Assembly (NCBI GenBank): GCA_002269645.1
Contig: NIVC01002859.1
Location: 70,616-134,615 of the forward strand
Reading direction: 5' to 3'
Source: Macrostomum lignano
Lineage: Eukaryota
Length of the DNA: 64,000 bases
Shown here: piece after piece, positions 13,329 through 25,389 of the stretch
Position numbering within the stretch: position 1 is the first letter of the stretch
Layout of the letters: every line of letters starts with the position of its first letter
Made by a program: the position numbers and the translations under genes
Notes under the pieces: model-generated
What the model saw: the letters and a program-made list of their open reading frames with translations, nothing else
Databases searched by the model: none
Told to the model about the DNA's origin: nothing

Positions 13329-13734
13329 TAGCAATCCTTTAGTTTCCTGCTCTAAATTATTTAAATCCCAGAGGACCAATAGGCCCGCTACAACATGTTG
13401 GCCAACTATCTGACAGTCATTAGTTGCACTTCCAAGATGCCAACAACCCAGCAGCTCACACAAATACTATAGAAGGAATGTGGGACAACTGCAAAGCCAA
13501 GTTTCGAGCTATGCATGGAACCAGCAAAAATTTGTTCAAAACAGGCCTACCTACACGAGTTCATGTGGCGCGGGGCTTGCCTCCATCAGCACTTCAGCAA
13601 TATCCTCTATTGGATGACACTATTACCCTATGTAGAACACTGTGAATTCTTGCGAAAACTCTGTGAGCTTGTTGGACTTTAAAAGTTCAAAAATGGGTTT
13701 AAATAATTTAGAGTAGGAAACTGAAGGATCACTG
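13329..13734 (+). mobile_element. ~400-bp non-autonomous TIR element containing a Merlin transposase C-terminal fragment
   Basis: About 40-bp imperfect TIRs (13329-13370 and 13694-13734), flanking direct repeat TTTCATA on both sides, internal HTNTIEGMWDNCKAKFRAMHG. Confidence 0.7.
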
Positions 13735-14115
13735 TTTCATACAAATATATCTATAGATTTTAAACTTAGAACTTTTATTTTGTAAAATAATCTCAAAACT
13801 CTATTTATTTAAAGAAGTAGATTAATGGCCTATTATTAAGAATATTAGGCTCAATGATAAGTACAGAATCCATACTTGACCTACTCTTTTTGATAGTCTA
13901 GATAGATGCTGTAGAGACTATTATACTCAGAATATTATTAGCACTATGTATTGGATAGACTTCTTAAGTAACAAAGCAGCTAAAATTATAGTCTGGACTC
14001 GACTATACTATACTTGTTTGAATCTGCTACTCGTTATTTTTTACTGAATTTCTAAAATCTTAAATAGTTAGCATTAATAATTAGCATACATAGAGCTGTA
14101 TCCCTTAAAAAAGCC

Positions 14116-14146
<31 letters not shown>
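14116..14146. repeat. (TAG)n microsatellite
   Basis: About 10 perfect TAG units at the CpG-poor/CpG-rich boundary. Confidence 0.95.
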
Positions 14147-14147
<1 letters not shown>

Positions 14148-14149
14148 AG

Positions 14150-15330
14150 TTGGCTCAGGCAAGAAGCCTGTTTGGCCAGTATATTTCTGTGTATTTAAGA
14201 TATTTTAGCATTAGTTGTTTAATTACGATTAAGTTCAAAAGGTTAAATTTGTTCAAAAGGTTAAATTTTTACACGAGTTACGATATTTGTAAAATTATTA
14301 AGGTATTTGAAAGAGCGTTTTTTGTAAAAAGATCATGTAGTATTTTGCAAGCGCGCAATATTTCAAAGCGTGAAAAACGAACGAAAAATGAACAAAAACG
14401 AACTTCGAAAGAACTTTACGTTTAGCGAATAACGACGATTTAAAATACCGAACAATTTTTTAGTTACCGTTTTAAAATTGCTACTACGTTAAAATTAAAT
14501 TATTATAACAAATACAATACCAAACAGAGTAAAAAACGAAATAACTCAAAAAAATATTTTTTCTGAAAGCAGAAAGTGTACCTTTAAGATACGCGCGCTG
14601 TTAAAAGCGTTTTTTTGTATAAAAATTTTAAGCTGTTTAAATTACAAAAAAATCGCAGCACTTTTTCTTCACTATCGATCTATTTTATGGCTAGACATTA
14701 ATAATAGGGCATAACAGTGTTATTTCTTATTATTTAATATTGTGTGCATCGTGCATTTGGGTTGTGCTTTCTTAAGTTTAATATTTTTGTCTGGCGGAAA
14801 AAGAATGTCTTTCGGAGATCTTAAAACTGAGGGGGCTGTTCAGAAACTTAATGCCTACCTAGCTGACAAAAGCTACATTGAAGGGTAAGAGTAGTCTTTT
14901 GAGTTCAATTCATTTGTTTTTGTTTAAATAAAAATTTTTATTTTATACTTTTGCGTGCAATTTCTTAACTGACAAGACGTTTGATTGCATTTTATTAAAA
15001 AGACCATATCTATACGGGTGCAGCCCATTTCGGCAAAGGAATTTTCGGCAGAAGACGCTTCAACGAAAGTGAATTTTAAGTTTCAATAGATGTACATTTC
15101 GGCGAAAAGATGGGCTACGTATTTATTGCAAATATACCACTTTGGTGATTGAAGCTTTTAATAAATTGTTCATTGCTACAAATTATTTGCAATTAGTAAA
15201 TTTAAAAACTCATGACTTAGCTCGTAGCTATGTTACTAGCAATCTTCGCCCCCCAATGGGGGACATCTTGATAGAACTTCTGTTCTCTACAAGTAAAAAA
15301 ACCCGCCAAATAGAGTCTTCACAAAGACAA
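14150..15330 (+). promoter_or_regulatory. CpG island / promoter region of EF-1-beta
   Basis: Abrupt appearance of many CpGs in AT-rich DNA around exon 1. The pyrimidine run CTTTTTCTTC near 14660 is TOP/TCT-like. Confidence 0.6.
14805..14884 (+). CDS. EEF1B: Elongation factor 1-beta, coding exon 1
   Basis: MSFGDLKTEGAVQKLNAYLADKSYIEG followed by GG|gtaag (phase 2); matches the EF1B N-terminus. Confidence 0.9.
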
Positions 15331-15404
15331 CAGAAAAACTGCTCAAATGAAGCGCAATGCAAAAAGAAAACATCCCAAGACAGCAAACACCCCCCCTCCT
15401 CCCA

Positions 15405-15640
15405 GATAGCAAGCACCCCCAGATAGCAAGCACCCCCAGATAGCAAGCACCCCCAGATAGCAAGCACCCCCAGATAGCAAGCATCCCCAGATAGCAAGCA
15501 CCCCCAGATAGCAAGCACCCCCAGATAGCAAGCACCCCCAGATAGCAAGCACCCCCAGATAGCAAGCACCCCCAGATAGCAAGCACCCCCAGATAGCAAG
15601 CACCCCCAGATAGCAAGCACCCCCAGATAGCAAGCATCCA
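15405..15640. repeat. 17-bp minisatellite (CCCCCAGATAGCAAGCA) in EF1B intron 1
   Basis: About 13 near-perfect units. Confidence 0.95.
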
Positions 15641-15789
15641 ATTGATAGCAAGTATCTATCCTTAAATAGCAAGCATCCAACAGACAAAAAGAATATGGTG
15701 CAACATTTCCTTTTAGCTTTCTAAGGGCTCCTTTATGATTAGCATGATGCTTCTTATTACGTTTGAAAATGTCTCTCCTGTGTTTGAAA

Positions 15790-18250
15790 TGGTGGCTATT
15801 TTATGTTTGAATTGGTGGCTTTTTAATGTTTGGCATGGTGACTCTTTAAGTTTAATGTTCTACATGGTGGCTCTTTAATGTTTGACAATTTATGTTTGTG
15901 CCAGTTTTATGTTTGTCATGGTGGCTCCTTAATGTTAGAAACAGTGGCTCTTTAATGTTTGACATGGAGTCACATATATGTTTCACATGGTGGCTCTTCT
16001 ATGTCTAACTTGGTAGCTCTTTTATGTTTGACATCGTGGCTCGTTAATGTTCGACATGGTGGCTCTTTAACATTCGACATGGTGGCTCTTTAATGTTTGA
16101 CATGGTGGCTCTTTACTGTTTGACAATGTGGCTCTTTAATGTTTGACATGGTGGCTCTTCAACGTTCGACATGGTGGCGCTTTAATGTTCGACATGGTGG
16201 CTCTTTACTGTTTGACATGAAGGCTTTTAAATGTTTAACATGGTGGCTCTTTAATGTTTCACATGATGCTCTTTAATGTTTTAAATGGTGGCTCTTTTAT
16301 GTTTAACATGGTAGCTCTTTAATATTCTTTATGTTATAGCTCTTTCATGTTTGACATGGTGGCTGTTTAATGTTCGAAATGGTGGCTCTTTAATGTTCGA
16401 AATGAAGAAATTCGAAATGGTGGCTCTTTAATGTTCGAAATGGTGGCTCTTTAATGTTCGAAATGGTGGCTCTTTAATGTTTGACACAAAGTCACATATA
16501 TGTTTGACATGGTGGCTCTTAAATGTTTGACATGGTGGCTCTTTATGTTTGACATAGTGGCTCTTTGATGTTCGAAATAGTGGCTCCTTTATGGTCAACA
16601 TGGTGGCTCTTTAATGTTCGAAATGGTGGCTCTTTAATGTTGGAAATGGTGGCTCCTTAATGTTTGACACAAAGTCACATATATGTTTGACATGGTGGCT
16701 CTTAAATGTTTGCCATGGTGGCTCTTTATGTTTGACATGTTAGCTCTTTTATGTTTGACATGGTGGCTCTTTTATGCTTGACATGGTGGCTCTTTAATGT
16801 TCGACATGGTGGTTCTTTAATGTTTGACATGGTGGCTCTTTAATGTTCTACATGGTGGCCCTTTAATGTTCGACATGGTGGCTCTTCTAGGTTTGACATA
16901 ATGGCTCTTTAATTTTTGACATGGTGGCTCTTTAATGTTCGATATGGTGGCTTTTTTATGTTAGACATGGTGGCTCTTTTAGGTTTGACATGATGGCACT
17001 TTTGTGTTTTGACATGGTGGCTCTTCTATGTTTGACATGGTCGCTCTTAAATGGTTGCATGGTGGCTCTTAAATGTTTGACATGGTGGCTTTTAAATCTT
17101 TGACATGGTGGCTTCTAAATGTTTGACATGGTGGCTCTTTTTTGTTCGATATGGTGGCTCTTTTTTGTTCTACACGGTAACTCTTTATGTTTGATACGGT
17201 CGCTTTTTAATGTCTGACATGTTGGCTCTTTTATGTTTGACATGGTGGCTCTTAATTTTTTGACATGGTGGCTCTTTAATGTTCGAAATGGTGGCTCTTT
17301 AATGTTCGACATGGTGGCTCTTTTATGTTCAACATGGTGGCTCGTTAATGTTTGACATGGTGGCTCTTAATTGTTTGACATGGTGGCTCTTTAATGTTTG
17401 ACATGGTGGCTCTTTAATGTTCGACATGGTGGCTCTTTTATGTTCAACATGGTGGCTCTTTAATGTTCTTCATGGTATAGCTCTTTTATGTTAGACATGG
17501 TGGCTCTTTAATGTTCTTCATGGTATAGCTCTTTTATGTTAGACATGGTGGCTCTTTAATGTTTGACATAAAGTCACATATATGTTTGACATGGTGGCTC
17601 TTAAATCTTTTTCTTTAATGTTCAAAATGGTAGCTCTTTAATGTTCGAAATGGTGGCTCTTTAATGTTCAAAATGGTGGCTCTTTATTTTCGACATGGTG
17701 GCTCTTAAATGTTTGACATGGTGGCTCCTAAATGTTTGACATGGTGGCTCTTTAATGTTTAAAATGGTGGCTCTTTTATGTTCAAAATGGTAGCTCTTTA
17801 ATGTTTGAAATGGTGGCTCTTTAATGTTCAAAATGGTGGCTCCTTAATGTTCAACAAAGTGGCTCTTTAATGTTTGACATGGTGGCTCCTAAATGTTTGA
17901 CATGGTGGCTCTTTAATTTTCGAAATGGTGGCTCTTTATTTTCGACATGGTGGCTCTTAAATGTTTGACATTGTGGCTCCTAAATGTTTGACATGGTGGC
18001 TCTTTAATGTTTAAAATGGTGTCTCTTTAATGTTCAAAATGGTAGCTCTTTAATGTTCGAAATGGTGGCTCTTTAATGTTCGAAATGGTGGCTCTTTTAT
18101 GTTCGAAATGGTGGCTCTTTAATGTTCGACATAGTGGCTCTTTAATGTTCCACGTGGTGGCTCTTTAATGTTTGACAAAGAGTCACGTATATGTTTTACA
18201 TGGTGCCCATGTAATGTTTGACATGGTGCCTCTTTTATGTTTGACATTGT
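15790..18250. repeat. 23-bp minisatellite (TTTAATGTTCGACATGGTGGCTC) in EF1B intron 1
   Basis: About 2.5 kb array with many transition variants. Confidence 0.95.
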
Positions 18251-18310
18251 GCTTTTTTATGTTTAGCAGTTTCGTGTTTTCAAGGTGTTTTAATAAAAAA
18301 ATTATTTTTC

Positions 18311-18373
18311 ACTACTAAGATTCGAACCCAGGTCGCTACGTTGGCAGTCCAGTCTGTTCATATATAGGCTATC
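18311..18373 (-). pseudogene. tRNA-derived fragment / SINE head
   Basis: Minus strand reads ...GGACTGCCAACGTAGCGACCTGGGTTCGAATC (B-box; GCC anticodon-like loop); acceptor stem not intact. Confidence 0.5.
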
Positions 18374-18719
18374 TCTTTTCAATTGGAGAACATGAATTGT
18401 GGCCCTTATAATTCAATAGTTACAGCAAGTTGGTTAGAGTAAAAAGTTATGACATAATCAATGTCATTCTCAGTCAGCCAGTATCAGTCTCAATTTAAGT
18501 TAGCAATATGGTTACGCAATTTCAATCAAGTCTTGTGTGCATTTCTTCGGCACTGTTTTCAACTTGTGATGCAATCTTTATCAGAATTGAAATTCTGTCA
18601 GTCAGTTTTTTCTCTATCATTCTTACAATGCATTTCAAGTTGAAAATTTTGCTTGACCTTTGCAAAAAAAGCATGTTTTTCGAATATTTAATCCCTTTAA
18701 CATTGAGCAATTTCTTAGC

Positions 18720-18865
18720 CAAGATGCATGTACCGTCCCAGGAAAATTTCTGATCGAATGGTGCAAGTTTGAAGAAAATCGGTTGAGCCAATTTTTCTGA
18801 AATCTATCGCATACCTACCTACCCACATACATACATACAGACAACTCATTTTTAGTATATACGAT
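18720..18865 (+). mobile_element. Possible DINE/HINE (Helitron-type) non-autonomous element 3' part
   Basis: AAGTTTGAAGAAAATCGGTTGAGCC core, then (CATA)n, then TTTTAGTATATA. A similar layout occurs at about 9040-9180. Confidence 0.35.
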
Positions 18866-21734
18866 GTACATGCAATCTATTGATATGCAGTCGATAGATT
18901 AGGGATGATGACGGTGTGGTTTTTCAGATTAAATCCCAGGCTCCTAAAATTGTACTTTGAAATTGTACTTTGAAAATTTGAGCTAGTCATAGTGTTGTGG
19001 TAGTCTTGGTATATGGCAGTCTTAGTCATGCCCCTAACATAACTACCACCACTGTTAAACAGCTTCTTTTGGTTCTAGGACATTTTGTCAAAAGCCATTT
19101 TTTAAAATAGTCATTTTGTCATTTTGTCAAACTATTGATTAAATAGAGCCTACTATTATTTTTAATTTATGTTAGACCCTAAAACTTTTCTGAGTAATTT
19201 AATGCCCAAGTTAAGATAAAATTTATTTAATGACTTTACTACTTTTTGTTCAAGCAAAGGGTTTCTAAAATGAAAAATTAAGTTTGCAATCAATAACTAT
19301 TGCTTTTGACAAGTTCTATCTTTGGCAAAATAAGGAAATAAGGCTAAAAATAAAGAAAATTGTTTCAGAAGTTCAGGTTGGTTTGTTAGACACAGAAAGA
19401 CAATGTATATCAAATTGCTATGCTTATTACTATTGTTAAAGAAGTGCTGCCACTATTGTAATTTGCATATTATAGAATGTGATTTTCTTAGAGCTTGTTT
19501 AAAGCTAAGATTATTATTAGCCCTATGATAAAAGACTTAAAAGGCTACGGCTTATCAGCTTATTGATGAAAAAATAAATAAGCTTAAGATGTTTATTATT
19601 ATTGAGCTAGATAAATTCGATTAATAAAATATCTAGTTTAAATTAGGCAACATTATACAACTAGACAACTCAGATAGGACCATAGTATATTAACAACTTA
19701 ATAAAACAAGCAAAAGATAGGCAATAAAATAATAAATTAAATTAAAGCAATAGAAAGGGTTGACTAAACAAATGAGCACTAGTACTAAAATACAAGAGAA
19801 GGAGAAGGTCAAACAGAAGGAAAGTTAACATAAGCAATGTCAAAAACCAAAGCTATAAATAACAATTAGAAAGCAGGAAGTAGACCAAGGGGAACAGATG
19901 CTGGACAAGGTGTAGACAAAAAAACAAAGGAACAAAAGAACACTATAGAAATGAAAAGAAAACAAACAAAACCAAATGGAAAATGTACAAAACCAAGAAA
20001 AATTACAGGGAGGCCAGCCTATGAACTGAGATAATGACAAGATTCGTCATAGGGGGCATCTTAGGGTAGATTGGTTAGGCCACCTGGGACAGCAGCCAAA
20101 AATAAAACAAACAATGGTCCTTAAAATTATTAGTCAAATATTGATAAAAAATATTTGTGGTAGCCCCCACTGCTACAAAAGTATAAAAGTAGTATTTCCA
20201 AATTGCACTTTACTTTTTAAAAATTAAAAAATTAAAATATATGGGACTAGACTAGAGAGTAAAGACAGAGTTGTGATAATCAGGAAATACTAAGAAGGAG
20301 ATAATAATTATTGGGTTGCTTGTTCCTAAATTCTTAGAAATATTTTACCTTAGATAACTAAGATAAGGCTCATTCCATATAAGATGGACATATTTGGAAA
20401 ATAGAAAAAAGTCAATATTTTTGCTTGCCACTGCCTGATTAGCCAATTTTTTTACCAAATGTTTTTTATGTGTAACATCTACAATCTAAGAATAAATGAA
20501 TGATAAAATGTTAGATTAGTATGTTATCAAGTGGCAAAAAGTAATTTTTGTAAAAATTTGGACAGTTTTTTAAGCAAAAGACATCATTAAGTTTGTGAAC
20601 CTTTTAAAAACAAATAGAAAGCTTTGGAAGGTTGAAACAAACTATAGATAAAAGTATAGTACTTGCATCATCAGATAAAAGTATTGATGAACAAATAATC
20701 AATTATATTTTTAATATATTGGTACCTCTAAGTTACTGAATTGACAGAACAAAATATGTTACGACCAGAATGTTACGACCATAAGGCTGCCTTTTCTTTT
20801 GTATCTTTGTTGCCTTTTTGAGTTTATATATTCTACAAAAAGAGTATGATTTCTGAAGATGTTCTTAGTCAAATTTTAAAAAATTTATTGCAAAATATCA
20901 AAAATGAAAAATGTTATAAGACTTTTACCTTTTAGTTTCTATCTGTCAAAAATCCTGTCGTTACGACCAGAAGTGCCATTCAAGGTTTAATAGCATCTAT
21001 ATTAATGATGATATCTACATGAAACTCTATAAAAATATTCTTGACAAAAAAATCTTTCATTTAAAATATTGGTTTAGTGTATTCTATTATTAGATTTCAT
21101 TTTATAAGTAAAAATAGCCTGTCATGTTACGACCATAATTATATGGAATTGCCCATAAGCATGTATGCTTCCTTTTCAAAAACTGACCAATTTAATCAAG
21201 GCATCAAATTACAAGCAACTGATCTAGAGTATTTATTCTAGTTTAAATTTAAAATTATGCATGCATCTCTTTATACTATATTGACAAAAAGACTTTGACA
21301 AAAAGGCTCTTAGTAAAAAGATTTTTTATAAAAAATGGCCAGTCATTTGAAGGTGTCCAGTATATACCAAAGACTTTTTTGGACAAAATATTAAGTGTAT
21401 GATAAGTATTGGAATTGTGACTTTGTTATATATGTTGAAATTTCAAAATTATATGACCCTACTTAATATTGCAACAATAAAAGACCTTTCTTGTCTACAT
21501 TCTCATTACCTCTTAACCACTTGCCTTTTTCTTTGAAGTATTCTATCTTTGTTATATACATGCGCAACCTTCAAAATTTGGTCAGCTGTGCAACTTAGTT
21601 TTAACAAAAAATGCAAAATGGTTTTTGACCAAAAATCCAATTTACATGTAAAAGAAACCCTCAAGTAAAATTAATGCAACTTTGGGTAAATGGCAGGAAT
21701 AAATAGCTATTTTCAAATAGCTATGTATAGTAAG

Positions 21735-21910
21735 AAGGCAAAAATCAACATTAAATAAATTTAATTGTACAATGCATTTCACGCAATACTGTGCATCTTC
21801 AGGTTTTATTTTTGAATGAAGGAAATAAAGTTTAAAATAAACCTGAAGATGCACAGTATTGTGCAAAACGCGTCATTCAATTAAATTAATTTAATGTTGA
21901 TTTTTGCCTT
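21735..21910. repeat. Long imperfect palindrome (foldback/MITE-like), ~75-bp arms
   Basis: Arm AAGGCAAAAATCAACATTAAA...ATACTGTGCATCTTCAGGTTT and its reverse complement, separated by about 30 bp. Confidence 0.85.
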
Positions 21911-22337
21911 CCTATTCATCTTACTTGCCAAGCAAGCAACTTTACCTATGTATAGTACATTTTGTATGCCAAATTCAATTATTTAAGGTTCTAGCAAGCA
22001 AAATATATATATTAATCAACTATGAAAAGTTAATGCATGCTAGAAAATAAGAAAATTCTGGCATATAGGACATCTTCCTTACTATGGCATAACCATAGTC
22101 TATGGCATAGGCCTAGGCATTAATGAATGAGTGCAAAAGTTGATTATTATATATTTTGATATAATATGTATAACTATATGGTATAGGTACTGTTACTTTT
22201 GTGGGTATAACATTCATTATCTAGTATCAATTTTAAAAATTCAAAAAGCAGTCTATAGAAAAGATTTGCCACAATCAGTTCATAAAATTTTAATTCACAG
22301 GAAGCTATAGAATGAGAGCTACAATTAAAATTAACAC

Positions 22338-22359
22338 TACTTTTGGAACACCCCTCGTA
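22338..22359 (-). mobile_element. Solitary mariner-type terminal inverted repeat with TA target
   Basis: Minus strand TA|CGAGGGGTGTTCCAAAAGTAG resembles mariner TIRs; the partner end was not found. Confidence 0.5.
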
Positions 22360-24369
22360 TGTCAATATCCATCTAAAAAACCTGCAAAAGTGTTTGGCAA
22401 TGCTAGAATCTCTGAAAGAAACTGCTAAACACTTGGTTTATTCAATTTCTAAACACTTGGTTTATTCAGTTTTTTCAATTGGAAATTCCTCTTTTTGTGA
22501 TTTCTTGGGCAGGTTTTAGGTAGTTTATTGCATTTAGAATCAATCCAATTTGAAGGTTTAAAGTGTGTGTAGGACTTTTTTGCTGATTTTTGTTGCTTAT
22601 TTATTTGGCATGTAATCAGCCAAAGAAATAGCCATATTTTGTAGCAGGCAAGTGGTAAGATCTGCTTATATTGTACATCTAACTTTGTTTAAAAGGATGT
22701 CAATATAAACATATATAGATTTAGGCCTAACTTTATCAATTTAGGCTATTGACTTATACTAGTCTCTTTATTTAGGCTTTAAAGTTTTAGACTTGTACAT
22801 GTTGAATGTACAAAACTTTAAATATACATTTTTGAATATTCAAAGGCTTTTAGATATAAGCAATATGTTGCATCATTTAGCCAATTTGGAATCTTAAGAA
22901 TTTAGCTCTATTTAGCTATATATATAAAGCTATCTTTAGAGTTCTTTCTAGTAGTGGAATAGGTGAAAATTGCCTACTTTGACAATTATAAAAGTTTAAT
23001 AGAACAATTCTTGGAGCTAATAGCCATACATATATATATTAACAAAGTGGCTATCATTGTTGTTTTGCAATTGGTAATTGATAAGGTTATTACTAAATTT
23101 AGAGGTCTACTGATTTGCCTCTTGATAAGGTGATCTAAGGGCAATGGCTCTTTAGTTGATTTGACTAGGATCTGAATGCCAAATCCAATAGATTAAGTTT
23201 CTATTCCAAATATGTTGATTCTAAAATAATATTTTCAAATATATTCTTGAAGACATGTCAAACAGGTTGTTAGCTGTGCCAGAATATATGTATATTCTTT
23301 TATACAATAAATTTAAAGAATATTCTTTATATTGCATTTGTTCTTACCTCTCTAATAACTTTCTATAAATCTTTTATTGTTTGTCTTCCTAGTCATATAG
23401 CAACTAAGGGTTCATTTATACTAAATATTACTAAATAAATAGAAAAGTACACTAAACAAATCCTGTCAGAATTTGGCATACCAACTTTTCAAGAATTTTT
23501 ATTCTATGCCAGACTATTATTTATAACCCTATTTGAAACAAACATCTGAAAAGAATTTGATGCCACTATTAAGTTAAAATATACAAATATACAAACAAAC
23601 TGATCAATGTAAAGATTGATTTTTTGTCTACATAGGATATTGTGTGCATAGCTCCAACCACATTTGTGCTCACATAAAGGTTTTTATAAGCTTCCCTTGA
23701 TAATAATGATAATAATATTCATATAAAAACTAAATAAAAAATAGTAATTGGTAAATTACAATTAAAATAAATATCAAAATGTGTAATTAGGCAATATAGA
23801 CATCTATATCAGTCTAGCAAATTGTTAACCAATAGAGTTTAATATTATAGATTATAAGCTTTTCAGTAGCTGATACAAAGCTATCTACAACTACTAGTTT
23901 TAGCCAGCCCTTGTCTAAGAACAAAGAAAAATTTTTATGACAAAAAATTAGCCCAAACCTTTAATAATATGTGTTTATCTACTATCTCGTTATATACAGT
24001 TTGGTCTAGGCCATTATTTGTATTGTGGTCGAGGTATGCAATCTAGTGTAGATTTTTTAAAAATTGCTTGGTGCTTTAGCAGTGTGTGTGCGTGCTATTT
24101 AATTACTGAGCTAGCCAAGTTTTTGTACTTAACCGTGAAGCATCTGCATATTTCTCTAGGGTTTCAATCTTTAAACTAGGCAATGCAAATCCATGATCAA
24201 TTGGCAAGAGTGGAATGAGAGTTGCCTTCAGCGTCTTAGAATAACAGAGCTTCTTGGCAAATATTGACAGCTTGTCTCTAGGTTAGGTGTTGCCAGGTTG
24301 CCAGACATTTTCCCCACATTCATCACAAAATAAATGTGTCCATTGCTTCACCTGCCGCCATTCGTGCAG

Positions 24370-24613
24370 CTACCAGCCAACTGCAGCCGATGTCGCCGTG
24401 TTCGACGCCCTCTCCGGCGCGCCAAAAGACTCGCTGAATCACGCGCTCCGCTGGTACAAGCACATCGCCTCCTACTCCAAGGCTGAGCGGTCCGGCTTCC
24501 CTGGCGACAAGTCCAAGAACGCCGCGGCGCCTGCCGCCAACGATGACGACGACGACGTTGACCTGTTTGGTAGCGACGATGAGAACGACGCCGAAGCTGA
24601 GCGCATCAAGCAG
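24370..24613 (+). CDS. EEF1B: Elongation factor 1-beta, coding exon 2
   Basis: gcag|C TAC: (G)YQPTAADVAVFDAL...HALRWYKHI...DDDDVDLFGSDDE...ERIKQ|gtgaa; phases match exons 1 and 3. Confidence 0.93.
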
Positions 24614-24669
24614 GTGAAATCTCATTCGGTGTATGTACGCAGCTTAGGCATCTTGCAGACCGTGTCTAG

Positions 24670-25340
24670 GGTACGGGGAGCCTCAAGGATATTGAAGGCC
24701 GTGCTTAGAGTACGGGGAGCTTCAATGATATTGAAGGCCGTGCTTAGAGTACGGGGAGCTTCAATGATATTGAAGGCCGTGCTTAGAGTACTGGGAGCTT
24801 CAATGATATTGAAGGCCGTGCTTAGAGTACGGGGAGCTTCAATGATATTGAAGGCCGTGCTTAGAGTACTGGGAGCTTCAATGATATTGAAGGCCGTGCT
24901 TAGAGTACTGGGAGCTTCAATGATATTGAAGGCCGTGCTTAGAGTACTGGGAGCTTCAATGATATTGAAGGCCGTGCTTAGAGTACTGGGAGCTTCAATG
25001 ATATTGAAGGCCGTGCTTAGAGTACTGGGAGCTTCAAGGATATTGAAGGCCGTGCTTAGAGTACTGGGAGCTTCAATGATATTGAAGGCCGTGCTTAGAG
25101 TACTGGGAGCTTCAATGATATTGAAGGCCGTGCTTAGAGTACTGGGAGCTTCAATGATACTGAAGGCCGTGCTTAAAGTACGGGGAGCTTCAAGGATATT
25201 GAAGGCCGTGCTTAGAGTACTGGGAGCTTCAATGATATTGAAGGCCGTGCTTAGAGTACTGGGAGCTTCAATGATATTGAAGGCCGTGCTTAGAGTACTG
25301 GGAGCTTCAATGATATTGAAGGCCTGGATTAGAGTATTGT
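24670..25340. repeat. 39-bp minisatellite filling EF1B intron 2
   Basis: Unit GAGCTTCAATGATATTGAAGGCCGTGCTTAGAGTACTGG, about 17 copies. Confidence 0.95.
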
Positions 25341-25389
25341 AAGCTTAAAAATCTCAGCGATTTAACGCGTTAACCTTGGCATCCTTCAG

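Noticed and set aside
4900-24200. AT-rich block as simple contamination
   Set aside because: It contains EF1B exon 1 in the correct order and phase with exons 2-3 and there are no gaps; not fully excluded without spanning reads.
24287-25342. 351-aa ORF as a single protein
   Set aside because: It is EF1B exon 2 read through into the 39-bp intronic array; canonical splice sites restore a normal EF1B.
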